This document shows, in pieces, positions 10,297-19,719 of a stretch of 41,016 bases of DNA. Each line of letters opens with the position of its first letter. The first letter of the stretch is position 1. The notes below the pieces were generated by a model. It did not search any database. It worked only from the letters and a program-made list of their open reading frames with translations, and had not been told where the DNA came from. A program made the translations under genes and the position numbers. This DNA is from Stramenopiles sp. TOSAG23-3. Taxonomy: Eukaryota. Where the stretch lies: positions 1 through 41,016 of the forward strand of contig LT642179.1 of NCBI GenBank assembly GCA_900128585.1. Direction: 5' to 3'.

Positions 10297-11667
10297 TCAC
10301 CACCATTCGAACGATTTCTCCAGGTCGTTCCCTCGCTTGCCGTTTTCCGGTGATTGAGACACGCGTCTCTTATGGCTTTTCCTCGGTGACGCCGACCGCA
10401 GCTTTTTATGGGCCTCTTTGGTAGGCGAGTGGCGCAAATTGTCTTGAAAAGGCAACGCCGGTGGCGCTCGCCGTAAGCTGGCCCTTCGACTGTTTTCGGT
10501 GGGCTTTGCGTAGGCAGGGACGGGCTCCGAAAACGCTTGGTTGGTCTGACTATTCATCGACGTGGCCATGGCCTTCTGGAGGGTTTCTTCTGGTCGCTCG
10601 TCCTCCTCGTCTTTGAAGGATACGCTGCTTGCATTGTCCCCCGCTGCGCTTTGCGAAACGTAGCACTTGGTAAGCTCTTCTCTTAGCTGCAAATTGTCTT
10701 TCGCCAACAGGTCCCTTTGCTCTCGATAAAGCTCCAACAGCTGCATGCTGTGATTCAGCTGGCTCTTGGCCTGGCCAAGTTCGTCGTAAAGGGCTTGTTT
10801 GCTCCGTTCGACGGGCTCGCCGCCTTCCCCTACTGCCACGTCCATTTTAGACTCGTCGTCGTCGTCCTCCTCCTCCTGCGCGCCCTTGTCCCTTTTGACG
10901 ACGCCTCTGTTGTGCTGATCTTCCGCATCCTTCAAAATTCCCCAAATACGTTTCGTTATTTGCGTTGGCTGGTCGTGCTTTAACATTTGGCAACGCTTGG
11001 CCATTTCTCTAGCATACCTCAGGCAAGCCTTGGAGTCGCCCAGGCTCTGCTGAGATTCTTGGGCAGCGTATTTCACCATTCGTATTTGGTCTTGAAGCAT
11101 GTTCATGGAGGCAACAAAATGAGAGTGCATTTTGGAGATCCCAGCAAGACGGCGGTGCTCCCACTCTTTCTCGGACGCCAGGGTGCTATCCACCCAACCA
11201 CGAGACGTCACCAATTGTGGCGGCGGGGCTGCACTTCCGAAGGAGGTGGGGGACGGCTTCCGGTAGGAAACAGAGTGCAAACGGGCACTTTCCAAGCCGC
11301 CGCCGCTCACACTGCCCATCCCAACGTTGCCGAACACGCCCGCCCCACCTTCCCTTTGCAACATTTTCCTGTTAGTAACGGGCCCAGGCGATCGCTTTCG
11401 CATCGCCGCAACCACCTCTTCCGGGGTTGGAGTGGGCAGGGCGCTGACCTTTGACGCTTCAGTAGACTCTGCTGCGGGCATTGTACCACTCCCTTTCTCA
11501 GGGGTCATTCGTAGCGTACGCTCCACCTTGTTCAGCTCCTTCTCAAACGCCTCGCTGAAGGCAGAATCTTGCTTTTTGTATCTATTGTATTGCTGATCGA
11601 AACGTTTCTGCCAGTCGCCCAAAGATTCTGACGGCTGGCTCTCAGCTAGCGCTTGACCCGCCTCCAT
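10297..11667 (-). CDS. Hypothetical protein with coiled-coil segments
   Basis: Long ORF in a GC-rich block, first ATG at 11667; no recognised domain. Confidence 0.75.
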   Translation of the reverse strand: MEAGQALAESQPSESLGDWQKRFDQQYNRYKKQDSAFSEAFEKELNKVERTLRMTPEKGSGTMPAAESTEASKVSALPTPTPEEVVAAMRKRSPGPVTNRKMLQREGGAGVFGNVGMGSVSGGGLESARLHSVSYRKPSPTSFGSAAPPPQLVTSRGWVDSTLASEKEWEHRRLAGISKMHSHFVASMNMLQDQIRMVKYAAQESQQSLGDSKACLRYAREMAKRCQMLKHDQPTQITKRIWGILKDAEDQHNRGVVKRDKGAQEEEDDDDESKMDVAVGEGGEPVERSKQALYDELGQAKSQLNHSMQLLELYREQRDLLAKDNLQLREELTKCYVSQSAAGDNASSVSFKDEEDERPEETLQKAMATSMNSQTNQAFSEPVPAYAKPTENSRRASLRRAPPALPFQDNLRHSPTKEAHKKLRSASPRKSHKRRVSQSPENGKRGNDLEKSFEWW

Positions 11668-12323
11668 CCCGGTGGGGGCAGAACAAACAAGAACAAACAA
11701 ACTATTCGGACGGGCAAAACCCCTTCAGCCACACCGAAACGTTTTACTGAAAAGGGAACGTTCAATGCAAAGAAACAAACCAACGGTTGATTTTGTTCAA
11801 CCTTTCAAACACAAACTACCAAAAGCAAAATTTTCTCAATGAACAATTACATAAAAGTATGTAACGAATGGATGTGTTAGTTCCTTCTTCTTTCTCTTTC
11901 TTTTGGATGGTTTGGATTGGATTACATTGGATAGTCATCTACTATTTATCTAAATAAGTCTTCTATTATCTTCCGTGTTGTTCGTTCTGTCGTCTCTTCT
12001 CTCTATTATTATTATTATTCTTTCTTATTATTTGTATGTAACACACACAATATTAATAATAAATACGATGGTATTAATATTTAATATTATTTAATACAGG
12101 TAGGTACCATTCAATACAGGTATCAGGTACAGGTACGGTATTAATACCGGTACAGGTATTGAATAGTAATTAAAAATACTACAGCAGGGCTTTGTAGCTA
12201 TTTATTAATAATATGATAGACGACTACTATAATAAAACAAGAAAATTGACAACGAACTGGGTTCCGTTGTTCCGTTCGCAAAGATATTAAATTTAAATGC
12301 TTTTTCGTTCTATGTACTTCTCT

Positions 12324-13727
12324 TCAGGGCGTGCTTGAGCGTACGAATTTTATTCCGTGGTATAGGAACCCCCCCGGGGTTGTATGGACGCCATCGTTCG
12401 TGTAAACTCGCGCAGCACACCTGTTGCTTTTCGCCGGGGGTTGCGACTCACTAATAGTCAACGAATCCTGAAAGGCCCTGTGGGGAATGGTTGGTGGAGC
12501 TAAGTTTGTTACCATCGTCTTGAAGGTGTCTAGTTGAAGGGAACCAAAAACGAAAACTTCGTCAGAGGAAGAATTTTCGGCCTGGGCTGTACCTTCTGAT
12601 CTCTTGATCAGGGAAATAATGCAGCTGCCCTTGCACTTAATCTGAAACAGGTCGTACACGAATTTGTTGTCACGGTGCGACTTCGACCTTTTCTTGCCAT
12701 CCTCCCGCTTCAACCTCTGCTTCGAATCTTTTGATCGCAAATGAGGGTGCTTCCTCTTTACGTAAGAGTCCCACGCTTTTGCAGAAAACGTGCCGCTAGC
12801 AACGTACATATCGAATTCGGTTGAGACTAGCTCGGAATAGCTGTTGCTGTCCAAACGATCGGGACGTACTTTCCACGCTCTGCATACCATCCCCGGTCCA
12901 GTGCAAAACAGCTGCGGAAACGTGTCTTCAAAGCACCATTGCAAAGACTCCATTTTGTTCGCTTTTCCCTGCAAACGGTCAGGAATATCGATTTTGTTAT
13001 AGGAGCCGTCGGGATTCAAAATAACTGCCACTGGGCTGGTAGAATCTGACCCCAGTGGCTTCATGCCCAGCCCGCCCCCTTCGACTGCGGCAACTGTTGG
13101 TTTTACGGGCTGCGCCTGGTCGATTCCCTGAAACCGCTCGCCGGCTGCTTTCTTATACATTACATACCCCTTGTTTCCCGTGGAAAGCTGGGGTTGAGAA
13201 CCAAGGGTCTTTAAGGCAGCAGACATTTGTTTGCTGCGATGACGGCTACCTTTCCAAGAGGACGGTGCGCGCAAGGATTGCGGTGGCGCAGTGGGAGTTT
13301 CCCCCCAACCCCTTCCCCCAGAAGAGCTGGGAGTTTCCCCCCAACCCCTTCCCCCAGAAGAGCTGGGAGTTTCCCCCCAGCCCCCTCCCCCGGAAGAGCT
13401 GGGAGTCCCCCCCCAGCCCCCTCCCCCGGAAGAGCTAGAAGTGCCCCAGCCCCCTCTGCCAGGGGTTGTCGACGCTGAATTTTCTGGCGCTGTGTGTGGT
13501 CGGCCCCATCCCCCAACCGTCTCGTTGCCCCAAGACTGCTTGTTGCTGTTCGAATTGCCCCAACCTGAAGCGTCGTCTGGTGAGTTCCACCCATTATTAT
13601 TACTATTACGATTCCTACGATATTTGGTGTGTCCATTTCTCCTACCTTGTCTGTAATTTGAGTTCCGAGAGTGTCCACCATTTCCCCATCGATTGCCCCC
13701 GTTCCAGGGCCCACCACCGTCGTTCAT
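12324..13727 (-). CDS. Hypothetical protein with N-terminal GW/WG-repeat region and unassigned C-terminal globular domain
   Basis: ATG at 13727. Ten Trp residues in GW/WG context within the first ~145 aa; the C-terminal ~240 aa have mixed hydrophobic, globular-looking composition. Confidence 0.8.
   Translation of the reverse strand: MNDGGGPWNGGNRWGNGGHSRNSNYRQGRRNGHTKYRRNRNSNNNGWNSPDDASGWGNSNSNKQSWGNETVGGWGRPHTAPENSASTTPGRGGWGTSSSSGGGGWGGTPSSSGGGGWGETPSSSGGRGWGETPSSSGGRGWGETPTAPPQSLRAPSSWKGSRHRSKQMSAALKTLGSQPQLSTGNKGYVMYKKAAGERFQGIDQAQPVKPTVAAVEGGGLGMKPLGSDSTSPVAVILNPDGSYNKIDIPDRLQGKANKMESLQWCFEDTFPQLFCTGPGMVCRAWKVRPDRLDSNSYSELVSTEFDMYVASGTFSAKAWDSYVKRKHPHLRSKDSKQRLKREDGKKRSKSHRDNKFVYDLFQIKCKGSCIISLIKRSEGTAQAENSSSDEVFVFGSLQLDTFKTMVTNLAPPTIPHRAFQDSLTISESQPPAKSNRCAARVYTNDGVHTTPGGFLYHGIKFVRSSTP
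13293..13452 (-). repeat. Coding tandem repeat, 36-bp unit, ~4.5 copies (WGETPSSSGG[R/G]G)
   Basis: Units start at 13293, 13329, 13365 and 13401 on the + strand (gggagtttccccccaaccccttcccccagaagagct and variants). Confidence 0.95.
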
Positions 13728-14312
13728 CAATGGTTTAATAATTACAACCCAAACGTTTGACTGGGACCGTGATGATGATGATGACTAGAGGGACAGTAAA
13801 ATGAAACCCCGTTCTGCAATTTGTTTCGTCTTGCCTATTATGAAAATATTATATTAGCTACGGGTTGATACAATTGGTATTTTGTATCAGAATGTAGAAT
13901 CAATTGTGCCTAATAAGATTGATTTCAATACAAATGTTCATTGACGATCTTAATCACAATTACGTCGTTTATACGGAATGGATGAAAGAAAGAAGAAGAA
14001 CAACAACAACGAAAAAAAAAAATTATTATTAAAATATATTATTAGAGAAGAAGAAGAGAAAAGAAGAAGAACGAACGAAGAAGAGAAAGCAAGAAAGAAG
14101 AGAGAAAAGAAGAAGAAGAAAATGATGAAGAAGAATAATAATTTTTTAGAGGAGGAGAGCAGCTACTACCAAGTTAGTTAGAAGAAGAAGGGTTAACTTT
14201 ACTCTTGCTCTCTCCATAATAAATTGAAGCACAGCCAACTTTCCAGTTTATCAGTGTGCTGGTACTTCTACAATTCCACAGATTCCAGCTGCTGTAACGC
14301 AAAATATTGCCA

Positions 14313-14858
14313 ATGAATGTATATAAAAAAACAAGTAAAACGTGTTGCAATCGAGCCCATATTGAATTGCGGGAACTTGCACAAATACTTACACGTGCAA
14401 TGAAAACCACTAAGCTTGGGTGGGATGGTGGCGGTGGAAGACCTGGGAGACATATGCGTGTCGTATTGCGAGATGCAGCGAGGCAAGGTAAGATTAGAGG
14501 TACAAAAACGGTTTTTTCAGCGGAAAAGAGAAACCAAACAGAACGTCGCACCTGGTTTTGGCATTTATATGACGGCGATCTAGTGACTGTACAGCTTTTG
14601 TTGGCTCAGCATGCCAGAAAACGAGAAGATCAAACCGCATTGCCAATGCACGATGCTGAAAAGAAGACGGATGAGATTACCGACGCATGTAACAGTGAAA
14701 TTGAGAACGAGTGTTCCATATGTTTTGAAAATTTGTACGAAAACGACGGTGGTCTTATACACCAAACAACTCCATGCCAGCACACATTCCATTCATTGTG
14801 CTTACAACTCTGGCAGAAACAAAACAATTCGTGCCCACTTTGCAGGGGGGCCCTATGA
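14313..14858 (+). CDS. RING-H2 finger protein (putative E3 ubiquitin ligase)
   Basis: C-terminal CSIC..PCQHTFHSLCLQLW..CPLCR fits C3H2C3. First ATG at 14313; true start uncertain. Confidence 0.85.
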   Translation: MNVYKKTSKTCCNRAHIELRELAQILTRAMKTTKLGWDGGGGRPGRHMRVVLRDAARQGKIRGTKTVFSAEKRNQTERRTWFWHLYDGDLVTVQLLLAQHARKREDQTALPMHDAEKKTDEITDACNSEIENECSICFENLYENDGGLIHQTTPCQHTFHSLCLQLWQKQNNSCPLCRGAL

Positions 14859-14910
14859 ATTTTGTTGTTGTTGTATACACAGCGTGTAAGAATATTAAGA
14901 ACTAATATTT

Positions 14911-16752
14911 TTATATTTCACTTATGTGCTCGCTCAAATCGCAGCCACCTTGACTAATTTTGTCTTCGGCAAATTTGTTGTAATCCTTGTTCCGCTTCGT
15001 CAAACCGAAGCGCTGTCGTAGGGTCCCCCGTTGCTTGCGTTCTTTCTTGAGGAAGGTAGCATCGAGCCTGTCGATCGGCTTTCTCTTTCCCATATCATTC
15101 ATGTCTAACACCTCAGCATTGCCCCGGTATTTTGCGGGAGTCCTCTTCTTTTGGCTACTATCCAGTTCGGTGTCGCTATCATCTTCGTAGTCGCTGTCGC
15201 TGTCAGAATCGTCGTATCTCGAACTTTTTGCCTTTTTACTCCCGGAAGACTTGAACTCGCAGTGGTAGTACTTCAACCAATCCCCGCGCTCATTCTTCAG
15301 CTGCGAAGTGTCATAATCTAGCCCGCGCGCGAGGCGGCCTGCTGGGGAACCATAAGATTTCCTCGACAGTTCGACTGCGTCTCTCATCAGCTCACTTTTT
15401 CGGGAATCGTTGTCGGGCAGCGACAGCGCCTTCGACTGGGTGTACCCGGCTTTTCGCGAGAGCTTGTTCGACCGAGCCATGGCAGTCTCCTGGTCCAACA
15501 AGACCCATTTAATTGAGGGAGCGTCGCCAGAGTCCTTCTGGCTCGAAGAGACGGCGCCCCCTGCTTCTTCGCTCATGATTTCTTGCATCCCGAGAATGAA
15601 CTCATCGATCGACACTTTTCCCGAACTGTCCTGGTCGATCTCTTCGAAAAGTAGCTTAATGCTGCTGTCCGAGTCACCACTCAGCACCCATCCATAGTCT
15701 TCCATTTCTGTCAACACCCCCTTGACCTCTTCCAGATCAAGCTCACCCCCCCCGTCGTCGTCGTGGGCTTCAAACAGCTTCCTTAGCCGATAGATTTGCC
15801 ACGCTCCTAGTTCCATGTCGTCCCTGTTCTCTTCAATCTGTTTAAAATTAATCGCTTTTGGCAACACTGCTTGCCTCAATTTTTCGCCCGATAGTTCTTT
15901 TTGCTCTTCGAGGGCCTGCATGGCCTTTGCGTAAGTCTTTTTTTGATCCGCCTCTTCTTGCGCACTCTCTTCCCTCTCAATTCGCGCAAGTTCACGGTAC
16001 AAAATTTTTACCGTGCCGGACAGCCCTGAATCGTCTTCATCCTTCTCTTCTTCCATCAAGCTCAGCTTTGTTCTCGTGTTGCGAGTGTGCGACGAGCCGG
16101 CGCGAGACCCCGCACGGGACGCAGCGTCTCCGCCCTGGTGGGTCCCTGCATGCTGACTGCCTGCCTGGGAGCCCCGCGCAGAACTTCTTATGCTCTCCGC
16201 CTTGGCCCGCTTCTGCAACTTTAATTTCTTCTGGTACAGCGCTTCCGCCTGCGCCCTCTCGTCGTCCTTGACAATGTGTCGGTCAAGAACGTGAACGCTG
16301 GGGCAGGCTTGGATTACGCGCAAGCGATAGTTCGGCTCCTCGGCGCACGGATTGTTCCGCATGTCTAATTGTTCAAGCGTGTGAAGCTTTGAAATGCATT
16401 CGATCACTGCATTCAGGTTCGTTATTTGATTGTCAAACAAAGTCAAGCGTGTCAAAAAATTGCACGGCAAGCGAACCCCTTTCAACGAGGCCAGCTTGTT
16501 GTTGTGCAAATACAACTCTTTCAACCGAAAGTTTTCCTCCAACCCCCGCACGGAGGTGAGGTTGTTGTGGTTTAACCACACGACTTCTAAGTTTGCAAAC
16601 ACTTCAAACCCTCGAAGTTTGTCAATATTACGCTTTGCCAAGTACATTTCCAAGCAATTCTTGATGTATTTGGCATTCTGAATGGGCAACTCGTCCATAG
16701 GCTTAGAGTACACCGTGCGCTTCTTCCTGCCACGAGCTTTCCCCTCAGCCAT
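14911..16752 (-). CDS. Leucine-rich repeat (SDS22-type, LRRC72-like) protein with an EF-hand pair
   Basis: LEVVWLNHNNL, LKELYLHNNKL, LTRLTLFDNQI, LEQLDMRNNP plus LRRcap (PNYRLRVIQACPSVHVLD); EF loops DDDGGGELDLEE and DQDSSGKVSIDE. First ATG at 16752. Confidence 0.88.
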   Translation of the reverse strand: MAEGKARGRKKRTVYSKPMDELPIQNAKYIKNCLEMYLAKRNIDKLRGFEVFANLEVVWLNHNNLTSVRGLEENFRLKELYLHNNKLASLKGVRLPCNFLTRLTLFDNQITNLNAVIECISKLHTLEQLDMRNNPCAEEPNYRLRVIQACPSVHVLDRHIVKDDERAQAEALYQKKLKLQKRAKAESIRSSARGSQAGSQHAGTHQGGDAASRAGSRAGSSHTRNTRTKLSLMEEEKDEDDSGLSGTVKILYRELARIEREESAQEEADQKKTYAKAMQALEEQKELSGEKLRQAVLPKAINFKQIEENRDDMELGAWQIYRLRKLFEAHDDDGGGELDLEEVKGVLTEMEDYGWVLSGDSDSSIKLLFEEIDQDSSGKVSIDEFILGMQEIMSEEAGGAVSSSQKDSGDAPSIKWVLLDQETAMARSNKLSRKAGYTQSKALSLPDNDSRKSELMRDAVELSRKSYGSPAGRLARGLDYDTSQLKNERGDWLKYYHCEFKSSGSKKAKSSRYDDSDSDSDYEDDSDTELDSSQKKRTPAKYRGNAEVLDMNDMGKRKPIDRLDATFLKKERKQRGTLRQRFGLTKRNKDYNKFAEDKISQGGCDLSEHISEI

Positions 16753-17077
16753 GGTGACGACTACGGTGCCGGTGGTCAACTACTTTGATGCGCGAAAGAA
16801 CGGAACGTCTCTCTCAACGAAAGCAAAACTCTACAGTTTCACTATTATTCTTTTGGTATTAACAATGTCAACCTCTTCTGTTCCATCCAAACACAATAAT
16901 CAAAAATAGATATGCATTTGATCCAATCGTTTACGTAATAAAAACTTGTTTTGGTTTATTGGACCCCCGCCCCAAATATTTATATACGAAGGTATAGAGA
17001 TACCAGGCAGGCAGGCAGGCAAGCAGGCAGGTGGTTTTATTTTATTCTATTATTATTTATAGCGGATGATAATAGGA

Positions 17078-17398
17078 GGAAGGAAGGAAGGAAGGAAGGA
17101 AGGAAGGAAGGAAGGAAGGAAGGAGAGAAGGAAGGAGAGAAGGAATGATGAATGAAACGCCAGATTCCTCTGAAGTATCGTACTAGACTACGTATTATAA
17201 TACCGTACTGCAGTGAATGAAGTTCCATGGAAGAAAAAGAAGAAACGAAGACGTTATTCATTCGACTAAATAAGCGTTGGACTGCTGTTGGTCGCCTTCT
17301 ATTTTTAGTCATCAATCGGCTTGCTTTGTAGTTGTTCTTTGATTCCTTCCTTCCTTCCTTCCTTCCTTCCTTCCTTCCTTCCTTCCTTCCTTCCTTCC
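17078..17398. repeat. Inverted pair of tetranucleotide microsatellites: (GAAG)n at ~17078-17144 and (CTTC)n at ~17343-17398
   Basis: Directly visible; a short (GCAG)n run also lies at ~17005-17031. Confidence 0.95.
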
Positions 17399-17615
17399 TC
17401 GCTGTGCGTATTAATACCGTAGTGTACATTATTTACCTATTAATACTGATTATCTAACGAATACCTCTCTGTCAATTATTATATCGGTTCTAATAGAGCA
17501 TATGGGGGAATGTACTATATTTAGTAAAACTCGTATTATAAAAACAGTAGTTGAAAGAAGAAAAGAGACACTGTACAAATACTTTTACAAAAATTATCAC
17601 ACTCATTTTGGATTG

Positions 17616-19254
17616 TTATAGATCCTCTCCTCCTTCCTGTCGAATGTATTGCATGGTGAAAAAAGGTCTTTTTTTTACCGATTTGATATAAGAAACAACC
17701 TGTTCAAATGGCATTGACGCGATGCTTTCCCTGTTGACGTGGGTCAGGCGATCCCCCAACTTCAGATCGCGCAAGTTCTGCCTGGATGAGTCTACCGAGG
17801 TTACCACGATGACCAAACTATTTGTGGTTGTGTCCAATGCGTTGCCCAAACATATTCCAATGGATCGGTCACTCTTCGAGTCTATGGAGACCATGATTGC
17901 TTCTGGACGTTCGGGGTTGTTGCCATGGTTCGCAGCATGGCCACCGCTGTGGTTTCTGCTACTTTCCAGCGTTGGTGGTTGGGGAAAAGAAGAGAGCAGG
18001 TCGTCTTGCTCCACCAGGAATTCATCCTCGAGCACAAACGGTTGGTAGGCGGTGGCAGGCGGGTGCTCTTTTTGTTGGTCTTCTTTCGGGCGCTCGTGTT
18101 GGCCTGCATTCTTTGCACCCACGGCATCGGAACCCAGCTTAAATTTCTTTTTCCGCTTTCTTCGCTTCTGCTTGCTCCGTTTGGTGGAGAAAATGTTCGC
18201 CATGACCTTGTTTCGCTGCAGTCTTGAATTCTTCTCCCGCAATTCTATCCGGCTGTTGACTTTGTACCAATCCTTCTCCCCGCGCTCTACCCCACCCTTG
18301 TCTCTATTGCCGTCTGCCAGGCCTTTTCTGAGCAACCTTACGTTTAACAAACACTCTTCTACCGCCTCTTCGAGGTCAGGGTGAATGCGAATCTGGCCTT
18401 CGTTCGCGTCGATTAGAAGGCACGTTACAAGAAATGCAGACACTGCAAGGTTGCGAACTTTCGCTTCGTATTGATTTGCCTTGGCGCCGCGCCGCAAGCT
18501 CTGCTGGCACCGAAACGCGAAGCTTTCCCTCCCACAAACGTAAAGTATGGCCACGATGGTTTCCCAGCTAAAGAACCTTACTGCCGTGACCAGCCGATGG
18601 ATATTAAACGAGCAAAACGTTAGTCCCGTTTCGCGACCTTTCTCCAAGTAGTTGACCCGGGCCGATAAGAGGACGTGTTGCGTCTTGCTCAATTTAAAGC
18701 CTTTCACGTAGACCCTCTCAAATGGCAACCCAATGTCTTTGTTTTTTTTTCGGGCAAACCTTTTGCGGCGCTTCTTTTTGTTGTTGCCTAAATATGACCC
18801 GTATTTTCCAAGGATCGGTGTCAGCAACTTTCGGTGGATGTCCTTCTGGGAAGGCATCCCTAGCTTGTAGGCGCGCAACTCGCGACGGGTTTTAGGAGAT
18901 CGGTCTGGAGACCTGGACGATTTGTGCTTGGTGTCTTTCAGGCCATACTTCGTGGGGTTTTTGCCGCCAGTAAGGGGAACTTGGGTGAAATTCACCCAAT
19001 TGCGCTTCGTCCTCTTCGTGCTCGTACATTGTGACTTGGCTCCTTGAGAGTCCCCCCAACGTTGCACCGGCGTCCTCCTCCTCCTCCGATGAAGAATAGT
19101 CGCTTTTCCCATGACGGTGGGAAGAGGGCGAGTGCAAACCGTACAGTGTTGCACCTTCATCCCAGTGTTCTTCATCTATATCCTGCAGCTCATAATTAAT
19201 CGGAATCATGTCGTCCCCGGACAAATAGAAAGGATTTGTATCAGTACGCTCCAT
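17616..19254 (-). CDS. PDZ-domain protein whose reading frame is split (+1 shift near 18892-19000)
   Basis: C-terminal PDZ (SIGICL..IVVTSV..LKLGDRLTHVNRESIASMPFEQVVSYIK). The acidic ORF 18892..19254 begins near the edge of the GC-rich block and looks like the true N-terminus, overlapping ORF 17616..19175 in another frame. Confidence 0.7.
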
Positions 19255-19719
19255 CTCTCTCCAAAGGCATTACGGTGACATTCAGAAAAAGAAAGAAAGG
19301 GGAATCGTCGAAATGGTCGTGTCTATTGAACCAAGAACAAGAAAATGAAAATTTCCAGAAACTTTTCCAAATCCATGTGCGCACCTGTTCATTTTCCAAA
19401 CCGACATTGGAGTCAGTAAAATTTAAACAGGCATTACAAATTTTGAAACAGGTTCACTCATGATATAAATAATAATATAATAATAATAAATAAACTGATT
19501 ATTTTTTTTTAATAATAATATAACGGCTTGGCTGCTTGGCTGGTACCTGGATGGTGTACCGTAGTATAATAATAACATGAAACAGCATCTAGCAAATGAT
19601 TCAATTCCAATTATTGTAAAAAAATGGTGTCTTTTAGTAGTAGAGAGTTACATAAAAATGCTGTACTTTGGTATTAAACTCTTATAGTAAATTTAAAACA
19701 AATGTAATCATTACCTTCT

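Noticed and set aside
13293-13452. 36-bp repeats as a possible CRISPR array
   Set aside because: Head-to-tail with no unique spacers, in frame inside a eukaryotic CDS, and no cas genes.
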